The notes under the pieces: generated by a model
Told to the model about the DNA's origin: nothing
Seen by the model: the letters and a program-made list of their open reading frames with translations, nothing else
The model's database searches: none
Shown here: positions 20,383 to 28,712 of the stretch, in pieces
Position numbering within the stretch: position 1 is the first letter of the stretch
Layout of the letters: each line of letters begins with the position of its first letter
Program-made: the position numbers and the translations under genes
IMG/VR virus record: IMGVR_UViG_3300042691_016049
Span: 4,538-68,537 of that record
Strand: one strand, 5' to 3'
Length of the DNA stretch: 64,000 bases
Source: a virus

Positions 20383-20691
20383 AGGATAATACCAAGTATC
20401 AGAGGAAGTATTACTCTAGGAATAAGGAGAAGGTTAAAGATAGGGTTCGGCGTTGGAGGGCCAAGAACAGGAAGAAATACAACGAGTATATGCGGAATCT
20501 CCGCAAGAAGAAAGATGAGCTACCCCCCGTCTCTTTTGTTTCGGGCTTACCCCCTACCCCCTTGTTTTAAGCTAACCCCGTCTCAGATATTTTTCTCTGA
20601 TATGTTTACGGCTTAGACATATTGGGGGGAATGTGTATAAGGATTCCGCTTTTATCGACATATCGCCCCGTGGATGTGGCGTAATTGCGTT

Positions 20692-20976
20692 CTATAGCTC
20701 TTCTGGAGGGTTTTCTGTCCAGAGACCTATCAAGTCATCATAATGGACTACAATGTCTCCTAGAGCTTTCTGGCGCTCTAAGTAGTCTATGGCTTTGGAC
20801 AGGACAAAAAAGTAGACTGTGTTATAACCTCCGCTTCGTCCTCTGATCGGAATCCTGAAGCTGTGCCATTTCTCCCCTGTCTCTTCTTCTTGGTATTGGG
20901 GAATGAAGATGGGGTCGTCTTCGGGGGCTTCGGTCTTCTTTACTATCCTATATGCTGTGCGGATGGAGACTTTCAT
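20692..20976 (-). CDS. Hypothetical protein
   Basis: 'YRIVKK..FIPQY..W' small phage family; two similar ORFs at 26056 and 26237. Confidence 0.55.
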   Translation of the reverse strand: MKVSIRTAYRIVKKTEAPEDDPIFIPQYQEEETGEKWHSFRIPIRGRSGGYNTVYFFVLSKAIDYLERQKALGDIVVHYDDLIGLWTENPPEEL

Positions 20977-21893
20977 GCTTCGGGGTTGGTCTCAATCGGG
21001 CCCAAGGGTATGGGTTGGTTGAGCATAAATGGCCGCTGGTGGGACTTTCTGCTTGAGGGCTTACGCTTGTAGCCAATAAGGCACAAAGTCTCTCCTAAGA
21101 CGTTGTAGATGGGAACCAGATGGCCCTTACTTACCAGTTTCTTCAGATTCATGGTTGTTCTGTTTCTGGCCTTGCCCTTGTGGTGGGCCGTCCTCTCCAC
21201 TATTCCACCCGACTTTAGTCCGTAGCTCATTGTTGCTCCATTTGATGTTATCGTAGTTGTCCCGATACTTCGTGCCATTGACCCTGCGTGGTCTGTCTCC
21301 CTTACCTGCGCTCATTTGCTGGCCTCCTTCACGATTTCCCAAACTTCTTCTGGGTGTTTGTTTTCAAATTTAGGGTGTGTTGAAAGCATCCCTACTGCGA
21401 TATAAAGTTGCTCCCGTAATTCATCACACTCACATTCCAGCTTTCGACAGAGCTTCCAAGGATCGGGGTTTCTGCCCTTAATCTTACTTTGCTTCAAAAG
21501 TGCGTTTGTTTCGGGTGTGTTGCTCATTTCGTTTTAAATTGGAATTTGGCATCACCATTTGCATCCGCGACCCATTCGGCTACTCCAGTTTTTATAGCCT
21601 CTTTCTGCCATTGGATTCCGCTAAAGATACCACCGATGATGAAAGCCGCAATAAAAACAAACACTACGAACAAAATGAATACAGGTGGTGGTGAGTCATT
21701 CATATTTTTTCTATGGTTTCCTCTTCATAAAGACCAATATCAATTTTCCAGAGGTGGGGCCAAACAGTCTGCTTTTTAAGCCATGCAAAGAACTTATCCA
21801 TTGCCTCTGACGGGGACTCGGCATCAATGGCAACTTTCCCCTCAAAGATGTTTCCATCAGAATTATAATGAGCAATGTATGTTTTCATTGTTG

Positions 21894-22091
21894 TTAGAAC
21901 TCCAAAGGATCAACCACCCATCCCAATTGCGGATGGCGGTCTATGATTCGGCGTTGTAGCCCCTTAACGAAGTCTTCTCCAGACTCTTTGATGTCGCTAT
22001 CCAGCCAATCTCTGGTTGATTCCAACAGATATCTTAACGTGGATTCGGCGTGGGAAAGATCATCGTTAAGCTGCGCGATGGTTGTATTCAT
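21894..22091 (-). CDS. Hypothetical protein
   Basis: ATG follows a GC-rich hairpin and an ACAC leader. Confidence 0.55.
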   Translation of the reverse strand: MNTTIAQLNDDLSHAESTLRYLLESTRDWLDSDIKESGEDFVKGLQRRIIDRHPQLGWVVDPLEF

Positions 22092-22148
22092 GTGTAGAGG
22101 TGGGGCGAGAGAATCAGGGGAAACTTTGACTCCCCCGCCCCGAAAGAC

Positions 22149-22361
22149 TTAAAACGCCTCGTCTACTTCCTCTTCCTTCTTGTAGGGAGGAGAGAACTTA
22201 AGGCTAATGTAGTCCACTCCCTTTTGGGACTTCTGTTTCCAGCCAGCCACATCCAAGGCTACGCCATTGACGATGACTTTACCTTTGTGGGTCGGTGCTT
22301 TCGGGTTGTCGCTTTTGTTTGGGAACAATGCTCCCGAATTATCTTTTTGTTGGTTGCTCAT
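22149..22361 (-). CDS. Small DUF736-like / putative ssDNA-binding protein
   Basis: 'NSGALFPN..P.HKG..V.G..AGW..YISL' with an acidic tail ending in F. Confidence 0.6.
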   Translation of the reverse strand: MSNQQKDNSGALFPNKSDNPKAPTHKGKVIVNGVALDVAGWKQKSQKGVDYISLKFSPPYKKEEEVDEAF

Positions 22362-22822
22362 ATATTAGGTTTCTTTATTGTTGCTTCACTAATGGCAAGT
22401 AGATCCACGGTGGGTACTACAGTCATCAGATCTTTTCTACCTTCTCGTTGGTAAAGTTTGTATACTTCGGGCCTTTGGCTTCTTAGATTTTTCTGCGTAG
22501 CTCCTTCAACGTAAGCCATGAGAAACCGACGATCCACTACCAGCCAATATTTTCTGGTCTCAAAAGCGATATAATCGGCCTCCCCATAAAGCCATCCAAG
22601 CTCCCCGTGGACATTGCGAAGCTCCACATAGTGCATGCGGTCTGTGGGTTCGGGGTCTTCCCGCCTCCATTTCTTCATGGCCTTAACATCATACCTCTTG
22701 CCATCCGACTCCACATCCCAATGCTCACGCATATCTTGCTCTGGTGTGGAGAATTGAGGGTTGGTTAGCAATTGTGCAAAACGCTGTTCGGCGCGTTGCC
22801 CGACTTCATAACATGTGTCCAT
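22358..22822 (-). CDS. PD-(D/E)xK nuclease-like protein
   Basis: 'GQRAEQRF..EHWD..YDVK..VELRNV.G..GWLYG.AD'. Confidence 0.6.
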   Translation of the reverse strand: MDTCYEVGQRAEQRFAQLLTNPQFSTPEQDMREHWDVESDGKRYDVKAMKKWRREDPEPTDRMHYVELRNVHGELGWLYGEADYIAFETRKYWLVVDRRFLMAYVEGATQKNLRSQRPEVYKLYQREGRKDLMTVVPTVDLLAISEATIKKPNI

Positions 22823-23218
22823 GGTGGTTTAGACCTTGTGCCTTTGAAAATGTTCAAAGTTTTTTGCCAACCAAATCATTGCCCCGCTATCATTGGCTAC
22901 GTCTTTGGCCCAAATGGTGTTATCACTAACTACCCCGTATTCTTGAAGGACGTTCATCACTTCAACCTCATTTGCAAATCGAGCTTTTATCCAGTTTTCC
23001 AGCTTGTTGGCGTTCATTATTCGGGTTTAATGCGGTCTTTGATGACTTTGAGGGCCACGATAAGCATGGCCCCCCAGAACACGATAGCAGTAAATGAGTC
23101 AACCATCAGTCCAGATATTTGTCAGTTACCTTCCACCAGCCGATAAATAAGCAGGCCAGCATTGCGTAGATAGATCCTAGTGTTTCCATTGTGTTTTTAT
23201 TTCTTCCATAAAATAAAT

Positions 23219-23246
23219 AGGGAGGGGACTAAATGCCCCCTCCCTT
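23219..23246. terminator. Hairpin terminator, possibly bidirectional
   Basis: GGGAGGGG-ACTAAATG-CCCCTCCC with T-rich flanks on both strands. Confidence 0.6.
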
Positions 23247-24102
23247 TGTTTCTGTAGCATGAACCCGTTGTCTACAGAAAAAGACACGCAAACCAGCGGC
23301 ACAAACCGAAACAGTTGGGTTTGTCCTGTTTCGTTTTGAGTCGCGGGGCGTAGCCAATTGCCCCATAGGGGCCGTAGACAATACCGAATCCATTGGTGTA
23401 GTAGTGATCCAATTTTTCCACCTCCTTTCTGTAAAAGAACGAAGCTGGAATTATGCCAGAATTACCTTGTTCCGTAAAGCGTTACCCAGAGCAATCCCCA
23501 CTGGGAAAAACAATATCCGCCCCAAATTACTGATAGGGCGTAGTTTCCGCGAATGGCCTGTTCCAGAGAAACAATTCCATAACAGATTCCAACCGCCCCA
23601 ATCAGCCAAATGCTAGTCATTAGAAGCTTCTTCTTTCGGCGTGGTTTCGGACGCAAGCTGCTCAACCATTTCTTTAGCACCTTCAAATGTCATCAAAACA
23701 TCACCCTTCTTTTTTCCTTTTGTGCCACGGATCATAATAATATTATCAACTCCACCGTTGAGAAGCGTATATCCATCGGCAATCAGTGCCTTGTTGACTC
23801 TATTTTGAAGCGCCTCGGCGCTCTTCGGATTTGGTTCGTTTTGTTCGCTCATAAATGTTGATTGTCTGTAAATCGGACGAATGTTGATCCATCCATGTAC
23901 ATATGGTCGAGGTGGACGGGCTCCTTGTCAACCCTCCACAAGAAAAAAGCTGTGGCATCTCCCACTCTTTCTTTGGTGATATAGCCCTCATGATCGCGCT
24001 CAAAATCCGAATATTCGCGCCATCCGCTAACCCTTTCAAAGGTTTTGGCCAGTTCATTGCTCATAGTTAAGTCCGACAATTAAGATCGGGATTCGTTCAA
24101 TG

Positions 24103-24540
24103 TCAAGAGAAAATAACCCTAACTTCAGCCTCGTCAAACATTTGAAGAGCAGCCTTGAATGAGTCAGCCCAGCGTTCATAGCTGTCCAAATGCGCGTTGA
24201 ATGGACAATACACATCTTTGATTCCAGATTGAATGATTGATGCGGCACAATGGGCGCATGGTTGGAACGGCCAGACAAAAATAGAATATCCATTTAAAGG
24301 CTCTTTGGCCGAAAGAATGGCATTCATTTCGGCGTGAATGGTATAGAGAAGCTTGGTTTCCCGACTGGCGATTCGATCATGGCTATCTTCAACCCCTCGC
24401 GGAAACCCATTGAATCCCACAGAGGCTATGGTGCGGTCTGGGCGTACAATCACAGCGCCAACTTGGGACGAAGAATCCTTCGACCAAGTGGCAATTTCTT
24501 TTGCCAGCTTGCTAAATCTCGCCGTCCACTTGGAATCCAT
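24103..24540 (-). CDS. dCMP deaminase
   Basis: 'VGAVIV', 'GFNGFPRG', 'HAEMNAI' and 'PCAHCA'. Confidence 0.93.
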   Translation of the reverse strand: MDSKWTARFSKLAKEIATWSKDSSSQVGAVIVRPDRTIASVGFNGFPRGVEDSHDRIASRETKLLYTIHAEMNAILSAKEPLNGYSIFVWPFQPCAHCAASIIQSGIKDVYCPFNAHLDSYERWADSFKAALQMFDEAEVRVIFS

Positions 24541-24788
24541 TGTCTTGAAGTTTCTTTACCATCCCACCAATCATGGTTGTTTTAAGTTTGCGCTCGTAGG
24601 AGTCTTTGGCTCTCCACATTTTTAATTCTGAAAGCATAAGATCAATTGTGATGGCGGGGTTTTCGCTTTGGAAGGTCTGGTATTCCGCGATTAGCTGCTT
24701 AATTTCTTCAAGCTGTGAACAGGCTGGGCACGGAATGAAACTATCATCGTCTTTGCCGTTGCTACCATTAAGTCCATTATTCATTAGA

Positions 24789-25367
24789 TCAATCATAGTA
24801 CGGATCGGTAAGTTTGCTAGGAGGAAATAGCGCGGTCTTCAGGGGGATTATCTTTTCGGGCATCTGGCTCCAAATACGAGTGGTCTCATAACTCTTCTTG
24901 CACCACTTGCGATTATTAAACATCCAATGATAACCCAAGATATAAGCGTTTGCCATCTGGGCGTATTCTTTGAGATTTACTGGCAGTTTGTTTCGGGCAA
25001 TTTTGCGGACAGACCTCATTTCGCAATCCCACTCTAGTTCAATAACGAGGCGGATATACTTGTCCACATAGTCCACTCGTTTGCCAGCAAGCCAATCGTC
25101 CACATGCCCAAGGGCGTCTTCGCGGGGCTTGTGCCACTTGGGCCTTTGTGTCTGCTGATCCAGATGACAGGTCTCATGGACAAACACATCCAGCCATGTG
25201 GAAAGCGGACGCTTGGTGGCTATTCGTAGCTCTTTATCGTCAGCCCAACCAACAGAAGTAGCTTTTCCAGTAATGAGGTATCTCTGAGGAACGAAAGTTA
25301 GCTTAAACTTTCGATATTTGAGGATGGCTCGCCCCAAAAAGTTGATGGTTGCTTGATCCATTGTCAC
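24789..25367 (-). CDS. Zincin-like (HExxH) protein
   Basis: 'VFVHETCHLDQ' plus 'LEWDCE'. Confidence 0.6.
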   Translation of the reverse strand: MTMDQATINFLGRAILKYRKFKLTFVPQRYLITGKATSVGWADDKELRIATKRPLSTWLDVFVHETCHLDQQTQRPKWHKPREDALGHVDDWLAGKRVDYVDKYIRLVIELEWDCEMRSVRKIARNKLPVNLKEYAQMANAYILGYHWMFNNRKWCKKSYETTRIWSQMPEKIIPLKTALFPPSKLTDPYYD

Positions 25368-25526
25368 TCTTCTTCGACATCGGTTTCCTCAACTTGTTCA
25401 AACAACATTCTGATAGGATTGTCGCAAAAGCCTTCTTCTTGTTCTGGGAATGGCATCAGAACGCCCGTGTCATCGTAGGCGACTTTTAGATCAGCATCGA
25501 ATTGGCTCTGTGTCATTTGCCCTATA

Positions 25527-25919
25527 CTACTGGCTTCTGTCCCAAACTTCAATTATGGTTTTTTCTTCTTCGCCCTTTTTCGTTTTCCTTTGCGTGACCC
25601 TGAGTTCGATTTGGTCTTCGGTATCGTCTGGGATTGCCCCACAGTAGCGTAAAAAATCGCAATAAAATTTCGCACCACCATAGAGATTGTCGGTGTCGAG
25701 GAGTCGATTTTTTCGGACGCTTTCAATGCAGACAAGCAGGCGGCTTGAATCTCCTTCTTTTCCCTCAACCTCTGAAAGTGGTTCATCGAAAAGAGGCGGT
25801 TGAGTGATGGCAGGCGGTGCCTTACGTTTAGTCTTAGCACTAGCCTTTTGTTTGATGATGTCTCTTCGCTCATAGACTCCCTTACTTATTTCCACATAGC
25901 CCGCTGGTAGTTCCTTCAT
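25527..25919 (-). CDS. RusA-like Holliday-junction resolvase, catalytic C-terminal half
   Basis: 'R.LDTDNL..GAKFYCDFL..GAIPDD'; ATG coupled (ATGA) to the upstream ORF 26059..25916. Confidence 0.7.
   Translation of the reverse strand: MKELPAGYVEISKGVYERRDIIKQKASAKTKRKAPPAITQPPLFDEPLSEVEGKEGDSSRLLVCIESVRKNRLLDTDNLYGGAKFYCDFLRYCGAIPDDTEDQIELRVTQRKTKKGEEEKTIIEVWDRSQ
25553..25873 (-). CDS. Nested out-of-frame ORF carrying the RusA-like N-terminal half
   Basis: 'LVLRLNVRHRLPSLNRLFSMNHFQRLREKK'; preceded by the SD-like AAGGGAG. Confidence 0.5.
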   Translation of the reverse strand: MSEETSSNKRLVLRLNVRHRLPSLNRLFSMNHFQRLREKKEIQAACLSALKASEKIDSSTPTISMVVRNFIAIFYATVGQSQTIPKTKSNSGSRKGKRKRAKKKKP

Positions 25920-26059
25920 GTTTCGGGATTTGAGGATGGTTTAAGGACTAATATCACAGCCAGCGCAAACCACCAAGGACTCCAGTCCTGCCAGCCCACT
26001 AGATAGGCCGTGCCGCCGAAGACGAAAATATTCCAGATTAAGCAGAATATGGCGTTCAT
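25916..26059 (-). CDS. Small two-TM membrane protein
   Basis: 47 aa, MNAIFCLIWNIFVFGGTAYLV..WSPWWFALAVILV; ATGA overlaps at both ends. Confidence 0.6.
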   Translation of the reverse strand: MNAIFCLIWNIFVFGGTAYLVGWQDWSPWWFALAVILVLKPSSNPET

Positions 26060-26253
26060 TTATTATGAATGATTGGTTTGATATTGTGGTTGTGTTCGGC
26101 TCTTGCGATATACTTTTGTGCTTCTGTAAAAGTATTAAAGTCGGCGGGATTATACACACAACCAGCATCTACCCAAAATAATCCAAACATCTTCCATTGG
26201 ACGTAGAACCTTGATCCGTCATAAAATGGATACTCTTTAATTCGGTATTTCAT
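26056..26253 (-). CDS. Hypothetical protein (paralog of 26237..26464)
   Basis: Shared MKYRI.E..Y.Q.K..LFW....F..EA.KY pattern. Confidence 0.6.
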   Translation of the reverse strand: MKYRIKEYPFYDGSRFYVQWKMFGLFWVDAGCVYNPADFNTFTEAQKYIARAEHNHNIKPIIHNK

Positions 26254-26464
26254 TTAAGTATTTTTCAGCCTCTTCTTTATATCTAAAATAAGGTGCATAT
26301 TTGTAGATCCACTTAGGCCCGATGCCAACTTCTTCAAAGTTTTTCCAAAATAACCATACTTTGTATTGAGGGTAGTAAACAGTAATTTCCTGCCATTTTT
26401 TATCTAAGTAGCGAAAGTAAACCTCCTGTTTTACTTCTTGAATTCTGTATTTCATTGCTTCCAC
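26237..26464 (-). CDS. Hypothetical protein (paralog of 26056..26253)
   Basis: Same pattern as the neighbouring ORF. Confidence 0.6.
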   Translation of the reverse strand: MEAMKYRIQEVKQEVYFRYLDKKWQEITVYYPQYKVWLFWKNFEEVGIGPKWIYKYAPYFRYKEEAEKYLNEIPN

Positions 26465-26958
26465 TCATCTGCTACTTGTTTCATCGCGGCGTAATGCGAA
26501 CCCTCCAGTTTGCCTGTCTTTAGCATTTTTTCTTCGGCGCGGTATTCCACTTCTTGGACGAAAACGGAGATCACAAGATTGATTGTTTCGCGATCTATAT
26601 CTTTAAGCTTCTCTTTCATTGCTCAAGCAATACTTCCTCTTTGAGTTTTTCGGCTTCGGGGTCGGGAGCGATGCACATCATCAGTGCTTGGCGGGCCTTC
26701 TCCAGTTGCCTTTCTTTTTGTTCTAGCATGATGTGAAGAATGCTTCTGTCGGCAAACTCTGAAACATTGCTATAGACTCGTCCAACTGTCATAGCGGTAG
26801 CGGCATTTCATCAAATGCTTCGCCGTTAAGTTTTAAAAATCCGATCATGGCAAGATCTGGGTCGCAAGCGCCGTCAACCTTCCAGTCTCCTCGCCTGATT
26901 GCGGCATCCATTACTTCATATAGCCTTGTGGCACAATTGCGCCATTTTGTTTCTTCGT

Positions 26959-27288
26959 TCATTTGATGATTCCTTCTTGGCGGGCAATGGCCTCAATCTG
27001 GCTCACATACTCGCGGGTACAATTGAATACTTCGGCAACGGCGGTGAAGTTGGTTTCGGGGTTGTTCATAATGAAACCCAGAATCTTGAACGCCCTTCCC
27101 CCGTTGGACAGACGCCTCTTGGTGGTCTTCTTGCGCCTCGCCCGAATGCCAGTCCGCTTCAACGCCGAAGCCATGGCATGGTAGCTTGATCCGTGTTTTA
27201 CGGCCAGTTCACCAATGGTGATTTCGGGGTTTTCCTGAATTTCAGTAGGTAGAGTAGATGTGTTGATCATATAATTATGTATTGACAT
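26959..27288 (-). CDS. HTH DNA-binding protein (sigma region-4-like C-terminus)
   Basis: 'TIGELAVKHG' and 'FTAVAEVFNCTREYVSQIE'. Confidence 0.7.
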   Translation of the reverse strand: MSIHNYMINTSTLPTEIQENPEITIGELAVKHGSSYHAMASALKRTGIRARRKKTTKRRLSNGGRAFKILGFIMNNPETNFTAVAEVFNCTREYVSQIEAIARQEGIIK

Positions 27289-27322
27289 TACACAGTAGCT
27301 GGGCTTTAATCGCCGTCAAATA

Positions 27323-27607
27323 TTAATATTTAGGGGGCGTTGGAACTTTCCGTTTCCGCGCCTTTCGCGGTTTACGGGCTTTCCTCTGCTCCCTGTGGAA
27401 CAATTTGTGGCACACCTTACAGAGGCAGATCAGATCGTCTAGGTGATTAAGTTCGTCTCCTTGGTGTTCGTAGGTTCGGTGGTGGGCCTGAAGTTCTAGG
27501 GGGCTATTGCATACCCCACATCTCCACCCGAATCGCTTCTTCACAAGTCGGCTTACTTCCCGCCAGTAGGGGGTCAGCAAGTAAACTTTGTAGGATTCTT
27601 TATCCAC
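27323..27607 (-). CDS. Small HNH endonuclease
   Basis: 'YL.TPYW..CGVC..LQAHHRTY..DLICLCKVCH'. Confidence 0.8.
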   Translation of the reverse strand: MDKESYKVYLLTPYWREVSRLVKKRFGWRCGVCNSPLELQAHHRTYEHQGDELNHLDDLICLCKVCHKLFHREQRKARKPRKARKRKVPTPPKY

Positions 27608-27659
27608 AGAAAGATATTACTCTCTTGTTGACTCTGTGCAACTCCAGTGTATTCTATGC

Positions 27660-27740
27660 ACTTCCTTGCATCTGGGTGCGGTTCCTTGCGCTGTCATGAC
27701 GTTGACTTTGTTTCGGGGCCGCACCCTCTTTCTTTCTTGA
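27660..27740 (+). ncRNA. Candidate small RNA: 12-bp stem, 29-nt loop, pyrimidine tail
   Basis: Promoter TTGACT-16-TATTCT at 27628-27655; stem 27674-27685/27715-27726. Confidence 0.5.
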
Positions 27741-27759
27741 CTCTTGTTTGAACATTTCG

Positions 27760-28212
27760 TAGGGTCGCGCTGTCAACGTCGAGTGACAGCGTAAAGTGGG
27801 CGCGACATACGCCACTAAAACCTGTGACCCTAGGTATGCAAGGATCAAACCGCCGAACGCTCAGGTCAGCCATCCGTCCCATAGCTTGAACACATTGCGG
27901 CGTGGGAATCCAGAGAAACTCTGGTAAGCGCGAGGGATAATACCCTCGGAGGTCGATTGCGGTTGTTTGAAGGTCTAATAGCGGCTTCGGAGCCTAGACC
28001 GTGATCTGTGGAATAAAGCGGAGGACTCACTCATAGGAATGAGAATCCAATCTTTTGACTACTGCCTTTGCCCCTGCGGGGGCGAGGTGTAGTCAATCGG
28101 TCGGATCTAGCTCAAGGAATTATTAATCCAATGACGGCGGCGATTCGGGGTTAAACGAAACGGAGCCGCAATGATAGGCGGGCGCACGGCTTTAGCCCGC
28201 CGAATACCCCCA
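27760..28212 (+). ncRNA. Candidate large structured ncRNA (~450 nt)
   Basis: No plus-strand ORF >60 aa; at least seven stem-loops visible by eye. Confidence 0.55.
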
Positions 28213-28279
28213 AAGAAAAAAGAAGAAAAAACATTGAACGCCCCGAAGGGGCTGTGGTCTATGTATCTATGGATACTTC

Positions 28280-28424
28280 GGAGAGGATCATTGAGGGCAA
28301 CACTGCGAATGCGGGGTTGAGCGACCTGAGTCCTCTCCCAATTTTTGGAGGTGGGGAGACCCGCATGCAAATGCGAAAGCTTCAAAGGCTGGGGGGCTAA
28401 TGAGGTTGCGCCACCCCGCCTCCA
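28280..28424 (+). ncRNA. Two tandem closed-stem RNAs, each ending in CCA before a T-run
   Basis: GGAGAGGA/TCCTCTCC (28280-28340) and GGAGGTGGGG/CCCCGCCTCC (28347-28424). Confidence 0.45.
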
Positions 28425-28433
28425 ATCTTTTTT

Positions 28434-28712
28434 ATGAAAAAACTACTACTACTGGCATTAGTCACTAGCGTTCAGGCCCAAGATGGTTCGTTTAATGGAA
28501 CCATCTATGATTTGGATTCGGGGAGGATACAGGTCATAAGTGGGTCTGTGGATATTAAGCCAAAAGAAGACACATACTTGGAAACGCTTCGCCGCATCAA
28601 TGCGGAGTTGGCCGAATCAAACGCCCGTATTAGTGCGGAGATTGCCGCAAGTAACCAACTTTCTGAGTTGCAAGAGCAGACCCGCCTTCTTCGCAAAATT
28701 GCCGACCAATGA
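28434..28712 (+). CDS. Secreted protein with Sec signal peptide
   Basis: MKKLLLLALVTSVQA|QD, then a coiled coil. Confidence 0.65.
   Translation: MKKLLLLALVTSVQAQDGSFNGTIYDLDSGRIQVISGSVDIKPKEDTYLETLRRINAELAESNARISAEIAASNQLSELQEQTRLLRKIADQ

Noticed and set aside
27760-28212. tmRNA, RNase P or group I intron identity
   Set aside because: Could not find their hallmark sequences (tRNA-like ends with tag, GAGGAAAGUCC, P7 core).
28347-28424. tRNA-Cys call (GGTGGGG/CCCCGCC-T-CCA with TGCAAA loop)
   Set aside because: No D-arm, a 6-nt loop and no TTC T-loop; kept only as a tRNA-like candidate.
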